64,000 nt of DNA from an uncultured bacterium (GCA_963826535.1 CAWGXL010000011.1:384809-448808); one strand, 5' to 3'; numbered from the stretch's first letter, positions 52,066 through 62,701 are shown. The notes: generated by a model not told the origin, from the sequence alone. Made by a program: numbers and translations.

Positions 52066-53106
52066 ATGCTTTTAAAACATCTCTCTCTTCAAAATTTTCG
52101 TAACTACACAAAGGCTGATTTTAGTTTTGATAGAGGGGTGACGGTTGTGGTTGGGGCAAATGCTAGCGGTAAAAGCAATTTGATTGAGGCTATTTATCTT
52201 TTGGCGACAGGGCAGAGCCGACGCACGGATCACGATAAACAGCTTATTCATTTTGGCGTTACTTTTTGCCGTGTAAAAGGAGTTGCGGAGGAGGAGTTAG
52301 AGGTAGTAATTTCGACGGATGGCGAACGGCGATTGCAAAAAAAATATTTGGTCAATGGTGTTTCAAAGCGACGGATTGATTTTGCTGCTCATCTCACAAC
52401 AGTAATTTTTACACCCCTTGATCTTGATATCGCATTGGGACAGCCATCGAGCAGGCGCAGATTTCTTGATGAGATCCTCTCACAGGCGGATTACGCATAC
52501 CGTTTGGCTGTTACTACATACACTCGCGGCTTGAGACAACGTAACGCACTTTTGGAGCAGGCGCAAAAAACGGGAAAACGACAGGAGAAATTATTTGCGT
52601 ATTGGAATGACTTGTTAATAAAAAACGGGGAAATAATAACACGTAAAAGAGATGAGTTAATTACTTATATAAATAATAAAAAAAAGGATTTATTTCAATT
52701 TAAGTTGGTGTATGACAAAAGTATTATTTCCGTGGATCGTTTGCTGCAGTACGAGCAGGCAGAATTGGGGGCGGGGGTGACTTTGGTTGGTCCGCACCGT
52801 GATGATGTAACTATTCTGGCTTATTCAGAAATTTCTGACAGTCATGAAGATGTTAAATTTTTTTCATCAAGAGGACAGCAGCGGCTTGTGGTGTTGGAGC
52901 TTAAACTTTCACAGATTTCATACATAGAGGAGGTAAAACAAGTAAAGCCGCTGCTTCTTCTGGATGATATTTTTTCGGAGCTTGACGAAACGCATATACG
53001 ACATATTTTTGAAGTTGTAAGTACGCCGCAGACAATTATCACGACGACGCATGAAGATTTTATACCGAAAAAAATGTTTCCAGGTAACAAGATCATTCAG
53101 CTATAA
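52066..53106 (+). CDS. recF: DNA replication and repair protein RecF
   Basis: NFRNY, GANASGKSN, RRRFLD, GPHRDD, SRGQQR, LLLDDIFSELD. Confidence 0.96.
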   Translation: MLLKHLSLQNFRNYTKADFSFDRGVTVVVGANASGKSNLIEAIYLLATGQSRRTDHDKQLIHFGVTFCRVKGVAEEELEVVISTDGERRLQKKYLVNGVSKRRIDFAAHLTTVIFTPLDLDIALGQPSSRRRFLDEILSQADYAYRLAVTTYTRGLRQRNALLEQAQKTGKRQEKLFAYWNDLLIKNGEIITRKRDELITYINNKKKDLFQFKLVYDKSIISVDRLLQYEQAELGAGVTLVGPHRDDVTILAYSEISDSHEDVKFFSSRGQQRLVVLELKLSQISYIEEVKQVKPLLLLDDIFSELDETHIRHIFEVVSTPQTIITTTHEDFIPKKMFPGNKIIQL

Positions 53107-53149
53107 AAAACTTGAAAACTGTCTATAGTTGTGATAAAATCTGCTTATT

Positions 53150-53467
53150 ATGAGTGAAATGCCGAGATGGGGATTAGGGATATTTGAACCGAAATCAGGT
53201 GATAAGAAAGCAGATACTTTAAATTTAGATAATGAAGTTGGCAATGAGAGACCACGTACTCCGGAAGAGGTGCTCAAGGAGAGAGCAAGTAAGCATTGGG
53301 AAAGTTGGACAAGGCCTGCTCATAGACAAGTTACTCCCAGACAAGACACACCTAGACAAGTCATTCCTAGACAAGAAGCTCCTCCGGCAGTAATTGACCA
53401 AAGTAGAGAAGTAATTAAAGGTTGGAAAGCAAATCTTAATCCAAAAGCTAACGTTTTAAAACCTTAA
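53150..53467 (+). CDS. Hypothetical protein with short RQxxP repeats
   Basis: RQVTP-RQDTP-RQVIP-RQEAP; upstream TTGAAA/TAAAAT. Confidence 0.6.
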   Translation: MSEMPRWGLGIFEPKSGDKKADTLNLDNEVGNERPRTPEEVLKERASKHWESWTRPAHRQVTPRQDTPRQVIPRQEAPPAVIDQSREVIKGWKANLNPKANVLKP

Positions 53468-53659
53468 TTTTTTTGTTATCCCCTTTGATCTTTTTATTTT
53501 TTTCTAGTATCCTTAAATATGGTGCGATAGTTGTACCACTCCGCATTGATTTTGCGCCTGTTTTAATGTCCCCCAAGGGGGCTAGCTTCTTTGAAGCGGC
53601 GCATAATCAAAGCTGCGGGTATTATACATTTTTTGTAATTAGAATTTATAGGAGTATAT

Positions 53660-54595
53660 ATGGATGAATTTGATGTTAGTGAATTAAAGAAGCTTTATAT
53701 ACCCCCACCTGAGTCGCATAAGGGGCAAAATGGGAAGCTCATGGTGATTGGGGGGTCGCATCTTTTTCATGCGGCATCTTTGTGGGCGCTTACGGTAGCC
53801 AGCAGGATTGTAGATATGGTGTTTTATTCTTCTGTGCCGGAGAATAATGAGATCATATACGCGCTAAAACGGGAATTCAGGAATGGTATTGTGGTGCGAA
53901 GGGATGATATTGAAAGCTACATTGAGGAGGCTGATTGTGTTTTGATCGGGCCGGGAATGGTAAGAACAGAAAGTTCAAAGTTCAAAGTTGAAAGTTCAAA
54001 GTTGAAACCTAAAGTTCAAAATTTACAAGAAATAAATAGCTTAAAAGATGAGGGGGAACTGACGCATTATCTTACAAAATATTTACTGCATAAATATCCA
54101 GAGAAGAAGTGGGTGATTGATGCGGGGGCATTGCAGATGATGGAGCCGGAATGGCTCTTGCAGTTAAATGGGAATGTGGTTTTGACGCCGCATGCGGGGG
54201 AGTTTGAACGTATTAAGTTAAAAGTTAAAAGTGAAAAGTTAAAAGTTGCCGTAAAGGATAAATCAATAGAGAAACAAGTGGAGTTATTTGCAAAAGAATT
54301 TAATTGTATTATTTTACTGAAGGGGAATGTAGATACTGTGTGTTCGTCTTCGGCATGTATAGTAGTTAAGGGTGGGAATGCGGGGATGACGAAGGGGGGG
54401 ACGGGGGATGTATTGGCTGGTTTAGTGGGTGCTTTAGGATGCAATAATGATTTGTGGCTTTCTGCAAAAGCGGGGAGTTATATAAATAAGAAAGCGGGGG
54501 AGAGGCTATTTGAAAAGGTGGGTTATTATTTTAATGCGTCGGATTTGGCTGATGAGGTACCGAGAGTTATGAAAGAGTTGACCTCACTAGGCTGA
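53660..54595 (+). CDS. nnrD: NAD(P)H-hydrate dehydratase (YjeF C-terminal domain)
   Basis: SHKGQNG...IGGS, LIGPG, VIDAGAL, LTPH.GEF, GGTGDVLAG. Confidence 0.9.
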   Translation: MDEFDVSELKKLYIPPPESHKGQNGKLMVIGGSHLFHAASLWALTVASRIVDMVFYSSVPENNEIIYALKREFRNGIVVRRDDIESYIEEADCVLIGPGMVRTESSKFKVESSKLKPKVQNLQEINSLKDEGELTHYLTKYLLHKYPEKKWVIDAGALQMMEPEWLLQLNGNVVLTPHAGEFERIKLKVKSEKLKVAVKDKSIEKQVELFAKEFNCIILLKGNVDTVCSSSACIVVKGGNAGMTKGGTGDVLAGLVGALGCNNDLWLSAKAGSYINKKAGERLFEKVGYYFNASDLADEVPRVMKELTSLG

Positions 54596-54654
54596 AGCTT
54601 CCCACACCGCCAAGGCTTTGCGGGACGAGCCGCGGGGCAAGGTGGTTATAGATT

Positions 54655-55368
54655 ATGTCTAAAAATGTGTCAGTAAATAATAAAAAATTTATATTGATTT
54701 TGCAGATTTGCGCTTTCGTGCTTATTTATGTTGTTATATTTATTATTCTGCGTAATAAAATACCGGATGCATCTAAAATGGTAGGATTCGCTGAAGAAAT
54801 TTATGGCGGATACGGATACTATTTAATTTTTTTAGGAGCATTACTTGAGGGGACTTTTATTGTCGGGTTTTATATACCGGGATCTTTTATTGTTTTTTTA
54901 GGCGTGTCGCTTGCCCGGTTAGGTATTACATCTTTTCCGCTGGTTATTCTTTTTGGAACTTTGGGATTATGTTTTGGATATAGTATTAATTACTGCCTCG
55001 GAAGATTCGGCTGGTACAAGATAATAGAGGGGTTTGGTTTTGAAAAACAAATAGTGGGGGCAAAAAATAATCTAAAACATCATTATAATAAAGCTCTTTT
55101 TTGGGGTTATATTATGCCAAGTACAGGCTCTATGCTATCTACGGCTTCGGGAATTTTAAAAGTTCCATTTAAAGAATTTATTTTTAAAACCATATTAATA
55201 CAAGCTTTTTGGAGCTTGATACTTGGGGGACTAGCCTATGTATTTGGTATGACATTTATATACATGTTTCTTGTTTATTTTGGTACGATCGCTTTGATTG
55301 GAATAGGAATGTATATCTTGCATAAATTGTACAAGAAAAGGAAGAAGCGGCAGCAGATGCATACTTAA
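54655..55368 (+). CDS. DedA family membrane protein
   Basis: LLEG...G.YIPG and G..INY.LGR. Confidence 0.8.
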   Translation: MSKNVSVNNKKFILILQICAFVLIYVVIFIILRNKIPDASKMVGFAEEIYGGYGYYLIFLGALLEGTFIVGFYIPGSFIVFLGVSLARLGITSFPLVILFGTLGLCFGYSINYCLGRFGWYKIIEGFGFEKQIVGAKNNLKHHYNKALFWGYIMPSTGSMLSTASGILKVPFKEFIFKTILIQAFWSLILGGLAYVFGMTFIYMFLVYFGTIALIGIGMYILHKLYKKRKKRQQMHT

Positions 55369-55410
55369 GCGTTGCCAATTTTAGGGAAATGTGCGAGAAT
55401 TGGGGGGTAA

Positions 55411-56463
55411 ATGTATACTCCAGCGTACTCCATTACTAATAAGATTCTTAAATTTATCGGGATTATTGAGGCTTGTAAGGAGGTTATAGATCATGCGCCG
55501 CTTTTGCCTTATTACGAAAAGGAATTTCAGAAAGATGCAATGGTCCGGACTGTGCATCATGGAACACATATTGAGGGGAATGAGCTTAATTTGACACAGG
55601 CGGAGAAGGCAATGTTTGGAGAGGAGATTGTGGCACGGGAGCGAGATGTGCAGGAGGTTATTAATTATAGAAAAGCGATGGAATACATAGATCAGTTTAA
55701 AGTTAAAAGTGAAAAGTTAAAAGTTGAGGAAGAGTTTATAAAGAATTTACATAAAATGATAGTTGGGAAAATATTGGAACCTGAGAGGTGTGGAACGTTT
55801 CGGACAACTCAGGTGGTGGTGCGTAATAGTGTCACAGGGGAGGTGACTTTTACTCCGCCGGTACCGATGGTTGTGCCTTATCAATTAAAGGAGCTTGCGG
55901 AGTTTATTAATAAGACCGGTACTGAAGATATTCATCCGGTATTGAAGAGCGGAGTTGTGCATTATGAATTTGTACGAATTCATCCGTTTGTTGACGGGAA
56001 TGGAAGAGTAGGACGGGTGTTGTCGACTTTTATTTTATTTCAGAGCGGTTATGATATCAGGAAGTTTTTTTCACTTGAGGAATATTTTGATCACGACGCT
56101 GCGCAATACTATGCCAGCTTGCAGAGCGTTGAGGGGAATAATGGCGATCTGACTGCGTGGCTTGAGTATTTTACCGAGGGTCTGGCGCTTGAACTTAATA
56201 AAATCAAGGAAAAGGTTGGCAAAATATCAATTGACGTAAAACTGCGAGAGAGACTCGGGGGAAAACCTGTAATGCTAACAGAGCGGCAATTGAAAATAAT
56301 TGAGTATATTCAAAAGACAGGGTATTTACAAAATAATGGATTCAAGATGCTTTTCCCATTTGTGTCGGAGGATACGGTTTTGAATGAATTGAAGTATCTT
56401 ATAAAGCACAGGATTGTGAAGAAACAGGGGAGTACTAAGGCGGCGAAGTATGTGATGGGATAA
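55411..56463 (+). CDS. Fic family protein
   Basis: GTHIEGN and HPFVDGNGRVGR; C-terminal HTH. Confidence 0.92.
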   Translation: MYTPAYSITNKILKFIGIIEACKEVIDHAPLLPYYEKEFQKDAMVRTVHHGTHIEGNELNLTQAEKAMFGEEIVARERDVQEVINYRKAMEYIDQFKVKSEKLKVEEEFIKNLHKMIVGKILEPERCGTFRTTQVVVRNSVTGEVTFTPPVPMVVPYQLKELAEFINKTGTEDIHPVLKSGVVHYEFVRIHPFVDGNGRVGRVLSTFILFQSGYDIRKFFSLEEYFDHDAAQYYASLQSVEGNNGDLTAWLEYFTEGLALELNKIKEKVGKISIDVKLRERLGGKPVMLTERQLKIIEYIQKTGYLQNNGFKMLFPFVSEDTVLNELKYLIKHRIVKKQGSTKAAKYVMG

Positions 56464-56483
56464 TTGGTTTTGATTTTTGCGTT

Positions 56484-57686
56484 TTGAATTTTTGTATGGA
56501 AGGATCTGAAAAATTTACTGTTAAAACCTTAGAAAAACCAGAAGGATCTAAAACACTTCCGGCGAGTGAGCGACCGGCGATTTTTCGCTGGTTTAGAGAT
56601 CGCGGGCTGCCTATCTATTTGACTGCAGCTTTGTCCGTAGTAGCTCCCTTCAAGACGGAGAGACTGGAAGCTGCTGAAATTTCGCCAAATGCTACTTGGA
56701 TTGATGGAGTGGAAACCTTACATAGAGAATCGCTGAATAATGTTAATGAATCATACGGGTTATTTTTAAAAGATAATGATACCGGTAGAACAAAATGGAT
56801 TATTGGAAAAGAGGGTAAGCCTACTTTTGTGGATATTGAACCTAGGGGTATTACTAAGCCCGTCGAACTAGAAATTGCCGGACATGATGCGTCATCAATC
56901 ACTCTATGTGATATACATACCCATCCGTTAAGTAATACATATTACGGACAATCGGATAAGGAAATACTTGATATACGACAAGGGAAGCAAGTTATAGCAA
57001 AACCACCAAGCGGTGATATATGGCAGGGCGATATAAGTGTTTATAGGCATGAAGCTTTTGAATTGGCTATAGATCCAATCAGGAATAAGGGAATAACAGT
57101 TGAGATTAGCCAAGGCGTGGTTGATCCAGCCGGTATTACATATCATAGACTGCTCAAAGATCAAGAGATTCGATACCAATACCCAAATTTTCATAAAGAA
57201 CTCGAGGAAAGCCGAGTTGCTCTACGAGAATGGGAAAATACGATTAGGCCCCTTGTTGATAGTCTTGATATAGCAAAACTTAACAAACTATATGAGCTCA
57301 CAGAATACGACTACAAATCTAAATTAGATAATACATATTCGGAACAAGAAATGCAGGAAATAAAACGCCAGGTAATAATCAATACGATTATATTTGGAGT
57401 GTTCGGATATAATATAGCGCAGGAACTTCTTGCCGACCATTCGGATGGACAAAAACTGCTGCAGGATTTTAAAACTAAGATTTTCGACAAAAGATTTGTT
57501 ATGGATGAAGCAAGTTATAAATGGCGAATAAAGTCTTTGACTGTTTCACCTGAGCAATTGACTTCAACAGAAGAATATGCCAAGTTACGCGAAGCATACG
57601 TACAGAATGGGACTAAAATACGCTTTGTCCCGCACAGTCAGATACCCAACGAACCACCTTGCGCGGGAACTGATTATAAACCTTAA
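56484..57686 (+). CDS. Hypothetical exported protein with HTHP motif
   Basis: Hydrophobic segment near residue 45; CDIHTHP...PPSGD. Confidence 0.7.
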   Translation: MNFCMEGSEKFTVKTLEKPEGSKTLPASERPAIFRWFRDRGLPIYLTAALSVVAPFKTERLEAAEISPNATWIDGVETLHRESLNNVNESYGLFLKDNDTGRTKWIIGKEGKPTFVDIEPRGITKPVELEIAGHDASSITLCDIHTHPLSNTYYGQSDKEILDIRQGKQVIAKPPSGDIWQGDISVYRHEAFELAIDPIRNKGITVEISQGVVDPAGITYHRLLKDQEIRYQYPNFHKELEESRVALREWENTIRPLVDSLDIAKLNKLYELTEYDYKSKLDNTYSEQEMQEIKRQVIINTIIFGVFGYNIAQELLADHSDGQKLLQDFKTKIFDKRFVMDEASYKWRIKSLTVSPEQLTSTEEYAKLREAYVQNGTKIRFVPHSQIPNEPPCAGTDYKP

Positions 57687-57692
57687 CATAGT

Positions 57693-59507
57693 ATGAAATT
57701 TAGTGAATTGGCGATTTATTTTGAAAAATTAGAAGCTACATCTTCAAGATTAGCACTTATTGATATACTTGCGGATCTTTTTAAGCAGGTATCTAATGAT
57801 GAGTTTGACAGAGTTATTTATTTGACGCAGGGGAGGGTGGCGCCGTTCTACGCGCCTGTGGAAATCGGTATGGCGGATAAGATGGTGGCGCAAAGCATCG
57901 GTGAAGCATTTGGTCTTACTAAAGACGAGGTGCTCACAGTTTTTTCAAAAAAAGGCGACTTGGGGTTGGTTGCGTTTGAGCTTTCAAAGAGCAAGCGAAA
58001 ACGCGGGAAAAAAGAAGAATTGTCGGTCGTAACTGTTTTTGATGAGTTATTGAAGATTGCGCATACCGGAGGAGTCGGTAGTGTTGAAAAGAAAATTACC
58101 GCATTGAAAGTATTGCTTGAACATATGGATGCTGTTTCGGCGAAACATTTGGTCAGAATCCCTCTTGGTAATACAAGACTCGGAATAGGAGACCCAACAA
58201 TATTAGATGGGTTGGCTTTGGCTATTTTAGGAGACCGCAGCAACAGAAAACTTCTTGAAAAAGCGTACAATGAGACTTCAGATTTAGGCTTGATTGGTAA
58301 GACATTGGTGGAGGGTGGGTTGAAAAAAGTTCAAAAGCTGACTGTAAATGTTGGCAGGCCGATCAGGTCAGAACTATGTGAACGTTTGCCTAATCCAGAA
58401 AAAGTTTTTAGTAAGATGAGTCCTTCGACAGGCTCAGGATCTCCCTACGGTCGAGGTGTGCATACGACTTTTAAATATGATGGGTTTCGGGTGCAGATTC
58501 ATAAAAATGGTAACAAAGTGGAGATGTTTTCCCGCAATCTAGAAGATATGACGCATATGTTTCCGGAACTTATTGAGGGGACGCTTAAGCAAGTGAAAGC
58601 TAAGACTGTGATTTTGGATACTGAGGCATTGGCATATCAGCCTGATTCGGAAGAATTTTTGCCGTTTCAAGAAACTACCAAGCGGCGTAGAAAATATAAT
58701 ATTGAAGAGATGGCCCAGAGTTTGCCATTGAAAGCATTTGTTTTTGATATTTTGTATTTAGATGGAAAATCTCTGATTGATACTCCGCTAACGGAGCGGA
58801 TGAAGATTCTAAAAAAAGTTATTCCCAATAAGGACATTTTGATTCCATCAACCGGAGAAATTCTGACAGATCCCAAAGATCTGCAATTTATGCTGGACGA
58901 TGCGATTTCAAAAGGACTTGAGGGGGTTGTGGTTAAAAAACCTGACTCATTGTATGAAGCGGGCGGACGGAATTTTAATTGGGTGAAGCTGAAAAGACAT
59001 TCTTCCGGAGAACTGCAGGATACTATTGACTGCGTGATTTTGGGATATATATTCGGCCGCGGCAAAAGAACGGCATTTGGAGCCGGAGCATTATTGGTGG
59101 GATTGTATGATAAAGCTGCTGATCAATTTGTCAGTGTCTCCCGAATAGGAACAGGGTTAAATGATGATGAGTGGAGAAGCATCAAAGAAAAAACAAAAGG
59201 CCTCGAACTTGACCATAAGCCTGCACGTGTAAATTCATTGATTACGCCGAGTGTTTGGGTAAAGCCTGAGATTGTGATTGAGGTTTTGGCGGATGAGATA
59301 ACGAGGAGTCCTTTGCATACCGCGGGTATGCAAACTAAGAACTTAGGACCTAGAACTAAGAACAAAGTGGAGGATAAATTACAAGAGGCGGGGTATGCTT
59401 TGAGGTTTCCGCGATTAATTAGCTTTCGTGATAAGGATAAAAAGGCTGAGGATGCTACTACGGTGGATGAGTTAATTGAAATGTATAAGATGCAAGGCAA
59501 GAAATAG
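57693..59507 (+). CDS. lig: ATP-dependent DNA ligase, archaeal-type architecture
   Basis: KYDGFR, EGVVVK, WVKLK, ALRFPR. Confidence 0.95.
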   Translation: MKFSELAIYFEKLEATSSRLALIDILADLFKQVSNDEFDRVIYLTQGRVAPFYAPVEIGMADKMVAQSIGEAFGLTKDEVLTVFSKKGDLGLVAFELSKSKRKRGKKEELSVVTVFDELLKIAHTGGVGSVEKKITALKVLLEHMDAVSAKHLVRIPLGNTRLGIGDPTILDGLALAILGDRSNRKLLEKAYNETSDLGLIGKTLVEGGLKKVQKLTVNVGRPIRSELCERLPNPEKVFSKMSPSTGSGSPYGRGVHTTFKYDGFRVQIHKNGNKVEMFSRNLEDMTHMFPELIEGTLKQVKAKTVILDTEALAYQPDSEEFLPFQETTKRRRKYNIEEMAQSLPLKAFVFDILYLDGKSLIDTPLTERMKILKKVIPNKDILIPSTGEILTDPKDLQFMLDDAISKGLEGVVVKKPDSLYEAGGRNFNWVKLKRHSSGELQDTIDCVILGYIFGRGKRTAFGAGALLVGLYDKAADQFVSVSRIGTGLNDDEWRSIKEKTKGLELDHKPARVNSLITPSVWVKPEIVIEVLADEITRSPLHTAGMQTKNLGPRTKNKVEDKLQEAGYALRFPRLISFRDKDKKAEDATTVDELIEMYKMQGKK

Positions 59508-59558
59508 TATACTTCTACATTTGTAAATTTATCATACTGATATTATACTCGTACTATT

Positions 59559-60329
59559 ATGGAAGTTAAAACATCAGGTGAATCAAATTTCCGTATAATT
59601 AAAATTGCCAGTAAGGAACTGATTCAGGATTTAACGCAGAGACAAGAGGAGTTAGATGAATGGGTTAAAAAGACTAAGGAGGTAGTCCCAACAGATAGAA
59701 ATTTTAATTTCGAAATTAAAAAAGGAGTTGAAAATAATGTAGGTCTTAGTTTAAGAAGAAATGATGGAGCAACGATTAACGTCAATTCTTTTATACCTGA
59801 AGGAGTAAGATTTCAAATAAGAGATAAATATTTATATAATGATGCAGAGAAGGTAGTTGGTTTTCCTGAAGATCAGCTGCAATATAGGGGGTCTCTTTTG
59901 TCGCTTTTTCATGAAATTGGACATTCTAAAACGTTTGTTATGCCAAGTTATTCATTTATAGAGAAAGTGAGGGCTGAGGTTGTAAATAAACTAAATCTTT
60001 TTAGAATTATTAATCACCAAGGCAATTTAGAAGTGCCTCAACTAGATCATCTCCTACATATAATTAATATAAGTCCAGAAGTACTCTATCCTGAAGACCT
60101 GATGGAAAAGAGACTTTCTGTACATGAACAAAATGAAAGGGAAGCATGGGCATCAGGGCTACATTCCCTACGGGATCTTAATAGTAAAGGTTACAATGTT
60201 TTTGCAGGTTTTGAAAGCGTGAAGGATGTACAAGCTTTTATTGCTGCTAATCTTACATCATACAATATACTGGAGCATGCGATGACAGGTTACGAGTCTA
60301 ATCGTTTTTCAAAAAGACCCTATAAATAA
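59559..60329 (+). CDS. Hypothetical protein with HExxH motif
   Basis: LFHEIGH and a downstream EREAW. Confidence 0.65.
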   Translation: MEVKTSGESNFRIIKIASKELIQDLTQRQEELDEWVKKTKEVVPTDRNFNFEIKKGVENNVGLSLRRNDGATINVNSFIPEGVRFQIRDKYLYNDAEKVVGFPEDQLQYRGSLLSLFHEIGHSKTFVMPSYSFIEKVRAEVVNKLNLFRIINHQGNLEVPQLDHLLHIINISPEVLYPEDLMEKRLSVHEQNEREAWASGLHSLRDLNSKGYNVFAGFESVKDVQAFIAANLTSYNILEHAMTGYESNRFSKRPYK

Positions 60330-60371
60330 ATGCCCTTTTTTATTTTAATGAGATATTGATGGGTGCATTAT

Positions 60372-60479
60372 ATGCAGTACGTAGCGGATTTGCATCTTCA
60401 TTCAAAATATTCGCGGGCGGTGTCGCAGAGTATGACCTTATCTGTAATGGCGCAATATTCCTTGAGAAGAAGAGTTTGA
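60372..60479 (+). pseudogene. Truncated duplicate of the 5' end of the endonuclease Q gene
   Basis: MQYVADLHLHSKYSRAVSQSMTLSVMAQ versus MHYVADLHLHSKYSRAVSPSMTLPVMAQ at 61133. Confidence 0.88.
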
Positions 60480-60509
60480 TTTCGCTATTTTTTATGTTAT
60501 TATAAATTA

Positions 60510-60710
60510 ATGAAAACAGTTGACTGGAGCAATATTTATAAAAATCATAAAGGCAAATGGGTAGCGTTGGCAGATGATGAGAGGACGGTTCTGGCTGTTG
60601 CGACAGACGTTAAACAGGTAATTAAAAAAGCGCTCGATGCGGGGCATAAAAATCCAATCTTAACCAAGATGCCTCAGAAATTGCTTACATATGTCGGCTC
60701 CCGTATATGA
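60510..60710 (+). CDS. DUF5678-like small protein
   Basis: HKGKWVAL...VLA.A...A...G.KNP. Confidence 0.78.
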   Translation: MKTVDWSNIYKNHKGKWVALADDERTVLAVATDVKQVIKKALDAGHKNPILTKMPQKLLTYVGSRI

Positions 60711-61126
60711 AGTTTTCCTATAAAGATTATGGCGAAGGCATCATCCGTCCTGTTATCCCAATTACGATAGTATCTAAAAACCACTTTGTAATCTATGAAG
60801 TTCTGGTTGATTCGGGTGCTGATTCAAACATTTTGCCAGCAGAGCTTGCGGAAGTCTTGGGAATAAATCTTAGTAAAGGCGATAAGGGAGAAGTAGCAGG
60901 AATTACCGGTGAAAGTCGTGATATTTATTTCCATGATTTGAATATCCGGGTAGGAGGTGATTTATATAAAAAAGTACGGATTGGATTCTTAAAAGAAATG
61001 GGACAGTACAGTTATGGCGTTGTAGGTCAAAAGGGCTTTTTTGATATTTTTGTAGTTAAATTTGACTTAGTCAAGGAAGAAATAGACTTAAAACCGCGAG
61101 AAAGTTTTAGTTCCTATAAAAATTGA
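60707..61126 (+). CDS. Retropepsin-like aspartic protease
   Basis: RPVIPI, VLVDSGAD, VVGQKGFFD.F.V.FD. Confidence 0.85.
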   Translation: MKFSYKDYGEGIIRPVIPITIVSKNHFVIYEVLVDSGADSNILPAELAEVLGINLSKGDKGEVAGITGESRDIYFHDLNIRVGGDLYKKVRIGFLKEMGQYSYGVVGQKGFFDIFVVKFDLVKEEIDLKPRESFSSYKN

Positions 61127-61132
61127 GCGCTT

Positions 61133-62701
61133 ATGCATTACGTGGCGGATTTGCATTTACATAGTAAATATTCACGGGCGGTGTCGCCGAGTATGACTCT
61201 TCCGGTAATGGCGCAATTCGCGAGACAAAAGGGACTGGATATTTTGACTGTTTCGGATTGGACACATCCGATTTGGTTTAGGGAAATACAGGGACAGTTA
61301 GAGGAAGCAGGGGAAGGAGTATACAAAATCAAAGATCCCCACAAGGGGACTACCTTCAAAGAAGGGTCGCAAAGTTCAAAGATCAAAACTACAACTCACG
61401 CCGACGTTAAAGCTATGGCGGGCGGGCAAAGCTCAAAATCACAAAAAGATATTTTATTTTTGCTTTCTACAGAAATCTCAAGCATCTATAAGCAGGGGGA
61501 TAAATTACGACGGATACATAATCTTATTTTTGTACCAAATTTGGAAACTGCGGAGAAAGTTAGTAAGGAACTACTACGGCGGGGGTGTAATTTGTCGGCT
61601 GATGGGCGGCCGATTATTGGTTTGTCTGCAAAAAATTTATTGGAGCTGATTTTAGCTATTGATGAAAGGTCGTTGCTTATTCCATGTCATATTTGGACGC
61701 CGCATTTTGGGGTTTATGGATCAAAAAGTGGGTTTGATTCACTTGAGGAGGCATTTGGTGATTTGGCAAAATATGTATATGGCGTTGAGACAGGTATTTC
61801 TTCTGATCCTGAAATGAACTGGCGAGTTGAGGAGCTTAGTAACCGGTCAATACTTTCATTTTCCGATGCACATTCTCCTGCTAATATGGCACGCGAGGCC
61901 ACGGCCTTTGAACTTTCGGAGCCGAGCTATGAAAATATAAGACAGGCATTTATGCGAACATCTAAACTTGTCATTGCGAGCGACCCGCCAGCTGGCGGAG
62001 AGCGTGGCAATCCCGTTGAGAAAGGGATTGCACCCCAAGAGTACTTGCCTCTTCGAGGTGGCGCTTCGTCGTCCTTAAATAAGGGGACTCCTCGCAATGA
62101 CAATCGTATAGCTTATACAATTGAATTTTATCCTGAAGAGGGTAAGTATCATTATTCAGGTCACCGAACATGCAAAATTTCCTTTTCGCCTCAAGAAATT
62201 AAAGAGCATGGAAAGATTTGTCCAGTCTGCAAACGGGAATTTACAGAAGGGGTAGCGCTTCGCATTGAGCAACTAGCCGGAGCGGCTAATGCAGACGGAT
62301 ATGAAGAGAAAATAAGCGAAAGCGGTGTTAAGTGGTATACGGATGGGTCAAAGAGGCATCCTCCATATGTTAAGCTTGTGCGACTTGAACAGATTATAGG
62401 AAGCGGGATGGGTCTTGGAGCAAAAAGCATTAAGGTGAAAGCCGAGTATGACAAATTAATGCGTGAATTTGGGTCGGAGCTTACTATTCTTCTTAAGTCA
62501 ACATTATCTGAGATAGAAAAAATAACTAATGCAAAAATTGCTGAGGGTGTGGGAAGAGTGAGAAAGGGAAAGCTTAAAATTGACCCGGGATATGACGGGG
62601 AATACGGGGTTGTAAAAATTTGGGATTCTGCAGAGCAGAATTTAAAGGGAAAAGAGGCTGGGGAAAAAATTTCTGAAGGGCAGTTGGGGCTGGACATCTA
62701 A
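61133..62701 (+). CDS. Endonuclease Q family protein (PHP domain)
   Basis: ADLHLHSKYSRA, HIWTP, ETGISSD, FSDAHS, GKYH..GHR.C, CPVC, PGYDGEYG. Confidence 0.9.
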   Translation: MHYVADLHLHSKYSRAVSPSMTLPVMAQFARQKGLDILTVSDWTHPIWFREIQGQLEEAGEGVYKIKDPHKGTTFKEGSQSSKIKTTTHADVKAMAGGQSSKSQKDILFLLSTEISSIYKQGDKLRRIHNLIFVPNLETAEKVSKELLRRGCNLSADGRPIIGLSAKNLLELILAIDERSLLIPCHIWTPHFGVYGSKSGFDSLEEAFGDLAKYVYGVETGISSDPEMNWRVEELSNRSILSFSDAHSPANMAREATAFELSEPSYENIRQAFMRTSKLVIASDPPAGGERGNPVEKGIAPQEYLPLRGGASSSLNKGTPRNDNRIAYTIEFYPEEGKYHYSGHRTCKISFSPQEIKEHGKICPVCKREFTEGVALRIEQLAGAANADGYEEKISESGVKWYTDGSKRHPPYVKLVRLEQIIGSGMGLGAKSIKVKAEYDKLMREFGSELTILLKSTLSEIEKITNAKIAEGVGRVRKGKLKIDPGYDGEYGVVKIWDSAEQNLKGKEAGEKISEGQLGLDI

